Below are positions 13,710-26,950 of a DNA stretch of 64,000 bases, piece by piece. The stretch is from Octopus vulgaris (lineage: Eukaryota). The stretch is from assembly GCA_951406725.2 (NCBI GenBank), contig OX597822.1, positions 31,062,001-31,126,000 on the forward strand, given 5' to 3'. The position numbers and the translations under genes were made by a program. Under the pieces are notes generated by a model. The model was not told the origin of the DNA. It did not search any database and was given only the letters and a program-made list of their open reading frames with translations. The first letter of the stretch is position 1. Each line of letters begins with the position of its first letter.

Positions 13710-14338
13710 CGTTATTGACAACAAGGGGCTAAACATAGAGGGGCCAAACAAGGACAGACAAAGGGATTAAGTCGATTACAACGACCCCAGTGCATAAATG
13801 GTACATAATTTATCGACCCCGAAGGGATGAAAGGCAAAGTCGACTTGAGTGGAATTTGAACTCGGAACGTAACGGCAGACGAAATACCACTAATTATTTA
13901 GCCAAGCGTGCTAACCTTTCATATTTCTTTACTGCCCACAAGGGGCTACACACAGAGGGGACAAACAAGGACAGACAAACGGATTAAGTCGAGTATATCG
14001 ACCCCAGTGCGTAACTGGTACTTATTTAATCGACCCCGGATGGATGAAATGCAAAATCGACCTCGGCAGCATTTGAACTCAGAACGTAGCGGCAGGCGAA
14101 ATACGTATTTCTGTACTACCCACAAGGGGCCAAACACAGAGAGGACAAGCAAGGACAGACACACGAATTAAGTCGATTATATCGACCCCCGTATGTGACT
14201 GGTACTTAATTTATCGAACCCGAAAAGATGAAAGGCAAAGTCGACTTGGGTGGAATTTGAACTCAGAACTCAGCGGCAGACGAAATATCGTTAAGCATTC
14301 CGCACGACGCGTTAACGTTTCTGCCAACTCGCTGCCTT
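13710..14338 (-). mobile_element. Head-to-tail trimer of SINE family B
   Basis: Three 190-230 bp units sharing CAAGGGGCTAAACA..AAGTCGATTA..CGACCCC..GATGAAAGGCAAAGTCGAC..GAATTTGAACTC. Confidence 0.85.
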
Positions 14339-14806
14339 TATGTGTTTGCGTGTGTGTGTGTGCTTTTGTGTGAGGATGCGTGTATGTAAGTGAGTCTGTG
14401 TGGGCGCGTGCGAATGTGTGTACGCAACCAATCTAAAGGAATAACAAAGCAATGTTAAAACTAGCAGGATTTGAATTCAGATCACAATGTGTCCTGGCAA
14501 AATATTAAAACGCATTTTCTCTGTCTTGCTAAATAGTGAACTAACCCGCAGTATTATCATATATAAGTGAAAATAAAGCGCACATTGATTCAGGATGTAT
14601 ACTAGACTATGAAACGAAATTGCAATAATATCAATAATATCAAATAAAATGTTTTACCATCGAACAGAAAGAAATAATAGAAAATACTCAGACATAACAT
14701 ATACAGAAAAGAATTGGATTACGTAACCAACATATAAATCACACCACATTTTTAGCAGGAAATAAACAGCAGCAATCAGAACACTCCCGAACATTAAATG
14801 AACTTA

Positions 14807-14960
<154 letters not shown>

Positions 14961-15231
14961 TAAATATACTATTGGAATAAATATACTATGGAATAAATAC
15001 TGTGGAATAAATATACTATTAAATTAGTATCTAATTCTCTCACCCTTATTAATTAATTATAATTATGCTGCATTTATTTCTAAATGCTGTATTTGTTTTC
15101 CGTGAGAGTTTGGCGCGCTGTTGGTTGGGGCATTTGAATTATAACGTCGGATGTAATCAATTGAACCACACGCGTATTTATCGTTATGGTAAAATCTGGC
15201 GTGTGATTGAGTGGATTTCATCCAGATAGTC

Positions 15232-15307
15232 TTGGCTGACGAGCTACAAATGGATTATTGTAAGTAATATTACATTTAATTCATTAATAGCGAAACAATT
15301 GTCCCAA
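15232..15307 (+). ncRNA. Type I hammerhead ribozyme (copy 1)
   Basis: TTGG-CTGACGA-GCTA[41 nt]TAGC-GAAA-CAATTG-TC^CCAA: intact core, stems I and II, palindromic stem III, GUC cleavage after 15303. Confidence 0.85.
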
Positions 15308-15764
15308 AATAATCTGTATTTTTGTTATTTTTTATTTGCCCTGTCCGTGTGAGCTAACAGTCGTACTGGCTTTCATGGGAAACATGTATTTTCGTGGTTG
15401 AAACCTTTTGGATTAACTGGTGCTAGAGTGATCAATATAGTGACCACTCTCTTATATTTATTTTGTGAAAATATTATAATATGTTATAAAATATTATAAT
15501 AATCCAGGTTTCTCGTAGCACTAGGCCACTTGGTGTGGAATAAATATACTATTAAATTAGTATCTAATTCTCTCACCCTTATTAATTAATTATAATTATG
15601 CTGCATTTATTTCTAAATGCTGTATTTGTTTTCCGTGAGAGTTTGGCGCGCTGTTGGTTGGGGCATTTGAATTATAACGTCGGATGTAATCAATTGAACC
15701 ACACGCGTATTTATCGTTATGGTAAAATCTGGCGTGTGATTGAGTGGATTTCATCCAGATAGTC

Positions 15765-15840
15765 TTGGCTGACGAGCTACAAATGGATTATTGTAAGTAA
15801 TATTACATTTAATTCATTAATAGCGAAACAATTGTCCCAA
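15765..15840 (+). ncRNA. Type I hammerhead ribozyme (copy 2)
   Basis: Same sequence as copy 1; cleavage after 15836. Confidence 0.85.
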
Positions 15841-15986
15841 AATAATCTGTATGTTTGTTATTTTTTATTTGCCCTGTCCGTGTGAGCTAACAGTCGTACT
15901 GGCTTTCATGGGAAACATGTATTTTCGTGGTTGAAACCTTTGGATAAACTGGTGCTAGAGTGATCAATATAGTGACCACTCTCTTA

Positions 15987-16049
<63 letters not shown>

Positions 16050-16105
16050 TATATTTATATATACACGGATATATATATATATACGTGTATATATATGAAT
16101 ATATA

Positions 16106-16177
<72 letters not shown>

Positions 16178-16743
16178 ATCAAAAATAAAGAGCAAGAAAA
16201 GTAATCAACAGTTAGAAACTCAACATTAACAACAATAACATCAACGATAATAACAATAACAACAGTTGTTTAACAGTGTTTTGTTTATCCTTTATCTTAG
16301 TCATTTATTCGTTGCTGTCGTCATTATTCATTTTGTCATGTAAACAGCCACGAAAATGTTTACTAAACATTGTTATTTATATGAAAACGATTAACTATCA
16401 GCTACAAGTATGCAGAGTACCGCACAGTTTTTCAGTCACTTCTTCAAATCTCTAGCTGTCTATTCATATATACACACATACATATATACATATATATGTA
16501 ATATATATATATATATATATATAATTAATAATAAATATTAGGCAATAAATCCAAACTTACAGGGAAAAATCAGATTTAGGATTGAATCCAATTTTATAGT
16601 AAAATATTATATTATATTAAATTAGAGACAAAACCACTATTAGGCAAATCATACAATGAAAAACTTAAGCCAATACATAAGATTATTTAATTTATATTAT
16701 TTAAATATATGACAAAATTATTAAAAAAATATAATTAAAATAA

Positions 16744-16807
16744 CACTACGATCGTTTCATGGCTGTTAATTTCTTTAAATTTTCGAGTTGCAGTCATTCA
16801 TCAGGTG
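16744..16807 (-). ncRNA. Type I hammerhead ribozyme
   Basis: Reverse complement CAC-CTGATGA-ATGACTG..CAGCCAT-GAAA-CGATCG-TA^GTG; lies between 72-bp inverted repeats 16611-16682 / 16840-16911. Confidence 0.75.
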
Positions 16808-17603
16808 GTTTAAATATTTATCTTGGCGAGGTTTAAACCTCTTATGTATTGGCTTAAGTTTTTCATTGTATGATTTGCCTAATAGTGGTTTTGTATCTAA
16901 CTTAATATAATATATATATATATATATATATAAAACATGCAAGATGGGACAAGAACGCAAAACATCAGGACAGCTAGATGATACAAAAGGGACAACAAAA
17001 TATCCAGATAGACGATACAAAGAAAACAAGGACGAGTAATTCGAAGTTTTCTTTCCTCAGTCAAGCACCAGATTATCCTCGCATTTCGGTTGCTTATTCT
17101 TGAGATTGCTCCAGTCTGGCCAGCGCCAAAGAAAAACTAAGCTAAGAGCATCAGATTCCTTGCAAGAAGCAGCGAATGTATACAAAAGCAAAGACGGAAA
17201 AAACGGACAATATTACACAAATATAAATGCAATAAAAATAATGATAACAGGACATAACAACAGGTGTCTTTTTACTAAGGACGAATTGAATTAAGCTGGC
17301 ACGTGTGGAAATGAAACCTTACGGCAGAGATACAATGGTTTCACAAACACAAAGAAGAATATCGATGTTGGACGGACAACGGTCAGACCAAGTACTTGGT
17401 TTGGTTAGTAAATGACTAATTGTCAGTGTGGATAATCTTGGATTTTCAGAAAAGAAATCAAACCAATTGATTTGCACATTACAAATATAATCTGTAAGCT
17501 GAACAGTAAAACTCCGCAAAATATTTCTCAGGTTTAATCTGTGAAATTGTTTTCCTTACCTACTTCCCAACAATATTTTTCAGTTTATACTCGACTTCAA
17601 TAA

Positions 17604-17788
17604 TCCTTTTTGCTATAGGCACAAGGCCTGACATTTTCGGGGAGGAGATAGTTGATTACATCGAGCCCAGTACAAAACTGGTACTTATTTTTCGACCCCG
17701 AAATGATGACAGGTACAGTAGACTTCTGTGGAATTTAAACTCAAAACGTGAAGACGGGCGAAATGACGATCCTGCGAGCTCACCGCCT
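17604..17788 (-). mobile_element. SINE family B with 16-bp TSD
   Basis: Family B core; TSD TACTCG(A/T)CTTCAATAA at 17588-17603 and 17789-17804. Confidence 0.8.
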
Positions 17789-18002
17789 TACTCGTCTTCA
17801 ATAAGAATATATTGTCTGTAGCTATACTGATGAGCTGTAAGTTTTTCGAAACATGTATGGTGAATGAAAAAAAAAACACGAACAACGATATTGTACTTAC
17901 AATGTTAAATTTATTTCAACTGTTTATCTGTATTTTACCATGGACACGTTACAGAGAACAGGGAGAGATGTTTTACACAAATATGAGGCATAACACTATA
18001 TG

Positions 18003-18481
18003 CATGTATGTGTGTATGTATGTATGTATGTATGTATGTATGTATGTATGTATGTATGTATGTATGTATGTATGTATGTATGTATGTATTTATGTATGTA
18101 TGTATGTATTTATGTATTTATATATGTGGGTATGTCTGTTCTGTTTTTAATCATTTAAATTCTTTCACTGGAGCAGGAGCAGGTTTCTAACAAAGATACA
18201 AAACTCCATCTTTGGAATGTAGATAACGAAAGCAATGTCACATTTGAAGCCTCAGAACACGTCTTACATAGTTTTACTGTTCCGTTTACAGACTGTTTTT
18301 GTAATGTATGAATTAGTTGTTGTATGTGCGTATGTATGTATGTAAGCATGTATGTCATTATTCAGTTCATCTCAAGATGTCTTGCCAATAGAGAAAGAAC
18401 CTGTTTCTCACCTAGATCCAAGGCTCCTTCATTGGAATTTCAACATCAACAACAGTGTATGTATGTATGTATGTATGTTGG

Positions 18482-18512
<31 letters not shown>

Positions 18513-18820
18513 GTGCAGACTAAACTCCAATCCTACATCCTTTGAGAATGTTGTAACTTGGTCAAGGCTCTTTTTCATCTCATGTATATTGTTTGCATAA
18601 ATATTTAAGTCATCCCCAAAGAAACAGTGTGTAATATTGGTATTTCCTTTTCCTTGTGAGCCAGTGAGATATCCTTCAAACTTCCTTAATATGACTGACA
18701 AGGGATTTACAGAAAGTATAAACAACATCACAGAGAGGCTGTATATATGTATGTATGTATGTATTTATGTAAGTATGTATGTATGTATGCATGTATGTAT
18801 GTATGCATGTATGTATGTAT
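18003..18820. repeat. Interrupted (TATG)n array containing retroelement fragments
   Basis: Four TATG runs separated by non-repetitive inserts. Confidence 0.85.
18513..18740 (-). mobile_element. RT fragment of an R4/Dong-like non-LTR element
   Basis: LFILSVNPLS...ITHCFFGDDLNIYA...LDQVTTFSKDVGLEF, spanning the catalytic xxDD motif. Confidence 0.75.
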
Positions 18821-20041
18821 GAGTGAATGTTAAGTTAAAATTAAGCAGCAACACTCATGCAAGAAAGTCAGTAATGTTTGTGGGGAATTTTAGTTCCAAT
18901 AAGATTGGCATAAATCTAAAAGGCCCCCCTTATCTATATTGACATGTTTCAAAGTGAAGCCCAGGCAAATTATGGGTCGCAGTCTCAGGCCGAAGCCAAA
19001 ACGTGTCGAAGGCTCAAGAAAGCTGGAGAACCATGGTCTCAAGTGCATGGAAAACATTCCCAAAATTCTCAAGACTGTTCCCTACATATCCGGTTCTGTA
19101 TCAGACTATTATTCTCTGAGCGACATGCTTTCAACGAAGACCCTGTACCAAACATGTGCTAAGGTCCTGAAAGCATGTGAGATACGAAAAGTCAATTATG
19201 AAAGCAATGCTTGTCATCTCCACCAATGGAGAGATCAAATATAGGAAGGAGTGTGTATTTTCGAAGATTCACGCATTTTTTTAGGCTGAACTTCAGCTAG
19301 TTACTCGAAATCGAAGCAAATGAGGGAATTTTGTCCTTCAGAGTCTGCGAGCGTCTATGTCTATCAAGACTTGGGCTCCCTATTTAACAGGAGAGCCACA
19401 AGTGTGAGGTATAACACTTGGTCTGAGTCCCCAATGTTCATTCAGTGACAGTCCTCCTCGGTCACTAGTGGTGAGATATACATCATGTACGTACGTATCT
19501 GTATATCTGCGCGTACATACATATATACTTGTCTATCCGTTTTATATCAATGTAGCTATGCATATGTATATACATTCATATGTATATGTGTGTGTATGAG
19601 TGTGTGTGTAAGAAAGAGAGAGTGTGTGTTTGTGTGCACGCACTTATGTACGTACAAGTGATCGGAGGATTGTCTCAACGTAATCTAGAGTAAATGGAAC
19701 AGGGAATTTACACACTTATTGACTCATCAAACAACCAGAGGGTATTTTCGCCAGAAGGAAAGAGAGGCAATATTAATTCATACCCACTTCACATATTGTT
19801 TCCTAACAAAACGATGATTAATTTATTATTTATAAATGTCAGCAATACGAAAGTACTGCAACGAAATAATATTAAATAAAATAGTTTGCCATCAAATGTA
19901 AACATACATAACAAGAAAGTAATGAAGACATACAGCCATGATATATACTAGGAAGAATTGAATTATATATGTAAATACCTATAAACCACACATTTTAAGC
20001 AGCAATTCGACGGCATTCATCCCAAAACACCCTGACGAAAA

Positions 20042-20202
20042 TAGGCGCAGGAGTGGCTGTGTGGTAAGTAACTTCTTACCAACCACATGGTTCCGGGTTC
20101 ATTCCCACTGTGTGGCACCTTGGGCAAGTGACTTCTCCAAAGCCTCGAGCCGACCAAAGTCTTGTGAGTGAATTTGGTAGACGGAAACTGAAAGAAGCCC
20201 GT

Positions 20203-20237
<35 letters not shown>

Positions 20238-20410
20238 GTATGTGTATGTTTGTGTGTCTATGTTTGCCCCGCCCCCACATCGCTTGACAACCGATGCTGG
20301 TGTGTTTAAGTCCCCGTAACTTAGCGGTTCGGCAAAAGATATCGATAGAATAAGTACTAGGCTTCCAAAGAACAAGTCATGGGGTCGATTTGTTCGATTA
20401 AAGGCGGTTT
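20042..20410 (+). mobile_element. tRNA-derived SINE family A
   Basis: AGGCGCAGGAGTGGCTGTGTGGTAAG head, B box GGTTCATTCCC, internal (TA)n; co-linear with the 33535 and 62503 copies. Confidence 0.9.
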
Positions 20411-20579
20411 CTATCTTTTGCACACACATATTTATTACTGTTCATTTTTGATATTTTTCGGTGAATATAAAACAGGTTACATCTCCATCTTTAACTCGTA
20501 ATATTTGCTCAATATATAGGACCGGAAACGGTAAGAAACAGTAATTCGATATGTAAAGGCAGCATTTTTTCTGTGCGCC

Positions 20580-20731
20580 GATAATAAGTTTGTCAAGGAA
20601 GAATAATGTTCCAGTGCATCCACATAATCACTTCTCACGGAAGCTTGACGAGGCATGCATCATTGATAAGGCAGGAGACATGATTATGTGGATGCACTGG
20701 AAGCTTTTTCTTCCTTGAGAAATTTATTATC
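20580..20731. repeat. Long inverted repeat / hairpin
   Basis: Perfect 22-bp arms 20609-20630 / 20681-20702, imperfect outer 24-bp arms, 50-nt loop. Confidence 0.85.
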
Positions 20732-21039
20732 AGTACACTCACAAATAAATGATGGCGTCACATCTCGAAAACACGCATTGAGATAAATCCTAATATCTTT
20801 GGAGTAAACTTAATTTGATTTTAAGGAGAGATTTGAGCACGACACCAAACTTACCGTAATCTTATTTTTAAAAATGTTATAACACTTTCCAAAGGATTCT
20901 TAACGTGCACATTCTTTCTAATTAAATAGAAGTGTGTCACAAATAAGAAGCACAACGTACAAGCTCCTATATAAAACAAATCACCAAATCATACTAGAGA
21001 AAGTAACACAAATGATAATTGCAAGAGATAAGAGCATAA

Positions 21040-21420
21040 ACCTTTTTCAGAGGAATGTATAGCCTCTTTATTAAATATAGAGGATTACGTGGATCACTGC
21101 TACTCGTCTCTCCATCTATATCAATATTCAAAATTACAAAATCAATTTCCATTCCTAAATGCTTCTTTGGCACACTAGAAGTGAGATATGCGTAATGAGT
21201 AATTATCATCTCAATTTGGATATCAGACAGGCTTATTGATTAATTAAAGTTAACTGCAGCGTCGCCATTATCAAGTAGCTCCATGTATTGAAAGCATACA
21301 TTATGAATATTTACTTAGATTCATATTGATATCACGAATTTCTGTCTTCCCGTTTCAACACCGACAATCTGTAAAGCACCCGACTTCAGGCGGCATACCA
21401 CTAGGATGAGCGAAATCTAT
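21040..21420 (-). pseudogene. Nearly complete decayed CTL domain
   Basis: HPSG..GCF / REDRNS*YQYES / VNIHN / ISLSDIQIE (like IGLSD) / EIDFV (like DCV) / RWRDE, in canonical order. Confidence 0.55.
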
Positions 21421-21629
21421 ATCTGAACAGCGATGATATCTGGGAAATGACTCTCATAACAAGGTTTCATGTTGGGCCAAAGAAAAAGACGATGCTTTCA
21501 ACATCAATAATATTGGATATAAGATGGTAGTGTCTACTACCAGAAGTGTACAGCGCATAAAATGGCCCTATAGTATCAATTAATAATTATCTAAAATAAA
21601 AGTAGTTAACTAGATTCTCAAAGAGAATA

Positions 21630-21735
21630 GCCCGAGGCTATAATATAAAACATTTGTCCAAGGTGCCACGCAGTGGGACTAAACCCGGAACATGTGCTTG
21701 GGAAGCAAGCTTCTTACCACACGGCCACTCCTACA
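21630..21735 (-). mobile_element. SINE family A, 5' fragment
   Basis: Reverse complement TAGGAGTGGCCGTGTGGTAAGAAGCTTGCTTCC..GTTCCGGGTTTAGTCCCACTGCGTGGCACCTTGG. Confidence 0.8.
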
Positions 21736-22929
21736 TCTTTGTCATGAATTTTCACGTTACTCCTTACGAATAAAATACATTCCATCCATAAAAATAGATC
21801 TTCATTTTCATGTTTTCGCTAACATGCCTCTTTACTAAACTTACGAACATTTTACTTGAATATAAATCAACATTATTCTGCACGTACAATCCTAGATCAT
21901 TGTGAATTACAATTGTTTGTAGATCACAATGATCTGTGTATGTATGCGTGTGTATAATTACACACGAGACAGTACTTTAGTCCTAAAGAGAAAATGAGAA
22001 TGAAAAACGGAAACCAAAACCAATGCATTTCCTCCAAGATTCTTAAGGGTTTAAAAGTAATTTCTCAATTATTACTGTCTTGTACATACACTCTTACTTA
22101 CACTCGGACGCACTATACGTCTCTTGAACCGGTATGGTCAAATTTGACTTGATTTTGAGCTTCAGTTCCAGATATAGTTTCATTTGTTTCTTCCAGATGG
22201 TTGTCTCATGGAGTTACATTCACGCTTCATTAAAATACATGAAGTATGTGTCTCATATCAAATGTAACAAAGTTATTTTTAAGAACCAGCAAAATGTATT
22301 AAACTTAGGGCAATATTTATATTGAAACTGTGTGCGTAAACTTCTTTTTTGTAGTAAATTATTTTACTTATAATGTAATGTAACTGAATATATAATTACT
22401 ACAAAATGATAGTTTAATATGATATAAATGGAGTCATATTCACGAACTGTAGTACGTGTGACATTTCTAATTCCGTTCAATGAAATACGTCTTGAATTAT
22501 ACATTAAGTAACCTTTCGCTGACGTATGATGTGGTTTGTTAATGAATGTAACTTATATATCTTGAACAGTTCATTTGATATCTGATTTGTACAACACAAA
22601 TATTTGCCGTATCGTTATAATTCTATATGGTTAAACTTTTGCAACATTTTTCAACAACAAAAGTTTCATACTGAAACATGTAACTTACTAGAAAGTCAAG
22701 CAGCAAATTTAATTTGGTTTAGATGACTGAAAAGAAGCTTTAAATTTTTAATGTTCCTCCTTACCATCTCTTAACAATTAACATAGTTTTTCAAATCGAC
22801 TTTAGTAAAGATCAAAATCTATTAAACTGTCTCCTATCAGTTGGTAAATCCACGACTTCTTATAATCCTACATTATACAACCAGAATGTATTTTATTTGT
22901 TTTTCTGAAATTTGATAAACGTGGAATAA

Positions 22930-23040
22930 CTTCGGATCAATTTTACTCTAAGTCTTCAGAAGTCGCCGTTATTTGTCTGCAAGACCTTTTCATATTATTC
23001 CAGGATGCACTACACAATACGTAATAATACATTGGCAAAA
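22930..23040 (-). pseudogene. CTL helix-1 relic
   Basis: YYYVLCSASWNNMKRSCRQ-NGD. Confidence 0.5.
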
Positions 23041-24429
23041 TAATATACAAAAGGCAACAATTTATTTCTCTCATTTTCTCCTCAGCAAGACGGGTGGCTT
23101 ATAAATTTGAGAAATATTCCCGATTTTTTAAAGAGACGTTGAAACAAAATTTTTCCATTCATCAATGATAGTAGAAATAAAAGCAGACAAGTTGTGTTAA
23201 TTTCCATTGCAGTAGCAACACGCCATAGCTTCACTCTTATCTTGCTGATAAGCCTCACAATGATGGAGAAAATATTTAGTCAATAGCATATTCTCAAAAA
23301 GTACTCATGAATACTTAAAAGTACCACCAGCAACATAATTAACAAATGGGCAACTTAATTAAGATGATAGAGCAAAAAAAAAAAAAAAAAAAAAAGAATC
23401 ACTCATTTGGAGAAGGAGTAGTACACTCTACGCTCGTAGAATAATGTAGTAACAGCAACGCTTCTTGACAATATTCATTGAAAATCTTCCGGATAATCTG
23501 GGAGAGTAACTTCAGAACACGAACTGTATAATAAAAAACAATTTCACACTTGCCATCTATGGTTTGGGGGCTGTTAAGATTGTCTAACATAAACACACAA
23601 GCACATCTATCATTAAAACCTAATATAATCCAATATCCAATATAATCAGATTTTGCACATGCTTTCACAATTCACTATTACTTCGTGCTTTATAGTATCC
23701 GTCATTTTGTAAGTATAGATAACATAGTATCTATTAAAATTGTAAATTGTTACAAGAACCACGATGACACTATTGACATTATGTTTCTAATTATAAAACA
23801 TAAAAGTATTAGAGAAAAATGAACCTACTAGATACATAAGTTAACCACCCTGCTCATCGTTATAGACAAAACTAATACAGAACCTTCGTTGTGTTACATT
23901 GCCTTTTTCCTTTTATTGAATGCACTTGGTATCTGAACATCAGGAACATGTATCGTTCAGTGATTTATATATTTTCTAATAAATCATATACATTATATCA
24001 GACTTCGGTGCACTAGCAATGAAGTCAGAATGTTCTAATACTTTGAGTTTTAATTAATAATTATCGAATATCTGATTTCATATATAAACTTTATCAAATA
24101 AACACATGAACACAGCGCTAATATTTGTAGAATATTGAGAGATTTCTTTTCGAATAGATTGGTTCAAATTGAAAGAATTACTCAGAAGACACGCATTGAT
24201 GGTTATATAAAATGCTATGTTTCTAACAAGAGCACATGTAATACTATAATTTACTAAGCAGCAGCATATTGGCATTCGAAGTATGTACGTGTATACATAT
24301 ATACATACATGAGTACATACATGATTACAAACAAACACACATACATACATAATACATACATACAAATACACATACATACACACACACGCACACACACACA
24401 CACATATGTGTGTGTGTGTGTTTCTGCTT

Positions 24430-24607
24430 ATGTGTCTGTGTGTGTACCCCATCATCACTTGACAACGGATATTGGTGCGTCTTTGTTCCCGTAATTTAGC
24501 GGTTCGGAAAAAAAGAGCGATAGAATAAGTAGTTGGGTTACAAAGAATAAGTCGTAGGTCTATGCATGACCGCAGTCAATTGCCTGAAACGAATAAAGGA
24601 ATAAAAG
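24430..24607 (+). mobile_element. SINE family A, 3' half (diverged)
   Basis: CTTGACAAC..TTAGCGGTTCGG..GATAGAATAAGTA..GCATGACCGCAGTC. Confidence 0.75.
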
Positions 24608-24609
24608 TC

Positions 24610-24640
<31 letters not shown>

Positions 24641-24680
24641 ATTTTACACATACACACAGACATATATATATATATATATA

Positions 24681-25374
24681 CACAGTGGTCTACTGGTTAA
24701 TTTGGTGAATGCTGCGATAATCCATGCCTTAAATTGATCTTTGATGTTGCAAGGAGTTTTGTTGGTCTCTTGCTCAACCGCACCCCACACGTAATAATGA
24801 AGGGCCTTGAAGTCTGGCGCCTTTGGTGGTCAGATGTTAAGAATGATGCGGTATCAGAAATTCTCTGACAGCCATGACTCGGTTCTCCTGCTTGTGTGGC
24901 ATGGCACAGGATCTTATTGCCAGCCATTGGGTATTCCAGCAGCCACCCTCTTGATCCAGGGTAGCACTACCTCCTGCGGGCACATGATGAAGGCCTCCCT
25001 GTTGAAGCTGAGGCCGTGTGAGATGATGAATGGAGGCAAAACGTCACTATCGCCATTGATCACTCTAAATACCAGGATGTTGACTACATGTTTGGTTTTT
25101 ATCCCTCTCAGTAAAAGTCTTGGGGAGACGACAAGCCAACGGTTTTTCTGTGTTCACCATCTGTTCGTATTGGAGCTTCCGGCGTCGAGGCCAATCAGTA
25201 CATCATGTCTTTTCGAAACGGCAGAGTTCATTGCGTCAAATTGCTGTTTTTTTTCTCTCAGGCGGTGCCAAACAGGTCCTACTATACTGTGTAGTCGACA
25301 AAATAATACAAACAATGCACATGCGCAAAATTGAATCTATGAAATGGCGACGATTTATCCATCGTCCTTCTGTG
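24681..25374 (-). mobile_element. Degenerate Tc1/mariner (maT/DD37D-like) transposon, internally deleted
   Basis: Reverse complement translates IKTKHVVNILVF..DSDVLPPFII..VVLPWIKRVAAG..WQ*DPVPCHTS..PPKAPDF..LHYYVWGAVE; ends CACAG/CTGTG in TA context. Confidence 0.8.
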
Positions 25375-25773
25375 TATGTATATATATATATATATATATA
25401 TAAATGGCTGAACGGTAGTAAGGAAAGACACACAAATAAGAAAAGAGAATGCAAAGAACCACTCATGACGTCACAGACGTGTGACGAAAGAATTCTGGCC
25501 GAAATACCTAACGTTAATGTAAAAAATAAAATAAAGCTGCAGCAAATTAACTCCAAATATATAGTTCGTGTGTTTTATTGGCTAAACTGGTAAAATGACT
25601 CCCCCCTAAATACAACAATATCTGATTCAGCACACGATTTCACATCAAGAATCTTGCAAAACGAATATATATATAAATATATATATATAAATATATATAT
25701 ATAAATATATATATATAAATATATATATATAAATATATATATATAAATATATATATATAAATATATATATATA

Positions 25774-25846
<73 letters not shown>

Positions 25847-25963
25847 CGAAGACTAGGAGGATAACTTAATACAGTTTTTGAAGTGTAAAGGGGATTTTTC
25901 GAAAAAAAAAATCTAAACATGTTTTGAAAATGAGGATATTACTAACCTTTTTGGAAAAGGTGT

Positions 25964-26047
<84 letters not shown>

Positions 26048-26348
26048 CACGTATGTATGTATATATATATGTGTGTGTGTGTGGAAACATTAGAAATCAA
26101 TTTCTTGTATTTCTTGTAGGAAGAGGAAAGAGCGGGCAGCATTTACTTATATACTTTCGCAATAGCTGGGACCACCGGAATTGCTTGCAAACTGAACACT
26201 TTAAACATTGCAACAGAACACTTTTAACCCTCTGCCATTCATTCAGTAATTCTCTCTCTTCCTCCTCCTCCTCTCTCTGTAGGTATTTCTTTCTCTCTTT
26301 CTCCTGTTTACATGTTACACATATATATATAAATACATACATACATAC

Positions 26349-26451
<103 letters not shown>

Positions 26452-26531
26452 GTACACACAGAGACACACACACACACGTAATATCACTCAACGAAGCGCG
26501 CACAAATATAAACATAGGAAATTAAACCTGT

Positions 26532-26950
26532 CACAGGAACATAATATCTTCGTATATAATACTTCAAAAATACATCTATGCATTTGTATGACGTATACAT
26601 AGTAAGGATTATACATTTGTCGATCTTATCCTCTGTTTTATCATTTGCTGTTGCTGGAAGGTGACACTTCTCGAGCTTTATCTCGGTCGATATTATAATC
26701 TACTTAAATTAGACGTCAGCTTTAGCTTGCATTATCTCTAAACTACTTCTTACTACATTGCTATATTACGTCTCTCTATTTATCTTTCTGCTGTTATTAT
26801 CGGTGCTTCATATTAAACACTAGCCGATTCTTCTACAACGCTGCTTCACATTTGAACTCAATTCTCTTGCTTTTTATACAATATATTACGATGAAAGTAC
26901 ATTAAAGGTTTTACAAGCTTTCATGGTCTGCCTCAAACACAAGCTCGAAT
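26532..26950 (-). pseudogene. Decayed CTL domain
   Basis: NVKQRCRRIG*CL / FK*I / DKCIIL / YKCIDV. Confidence 0.4.

Larger units (their letters stand above)
15001..15995 (+). repeat. 533-bp-period tandem direct repeat (about 1.9 units) carrying hammerhead ribozymes; retrozyme or Penelope pLTR-like
   Basis: 15001-15463 is near-identical to 15534-15995; flanked by (TA)n on both sides. Confidence 0.85.

Noticed and set aside
13710-14338. Regularly spaced repeats resembling a CRISPR array
   Set aside because: Whole units are homologous SINE copies with no unique spacers, and the context is eukaryotic
18890-19470. GC-richer block with ORF 18939-19244
   Set aside because: No recognisable motif; probably a decayed TE, but I cannot assign it
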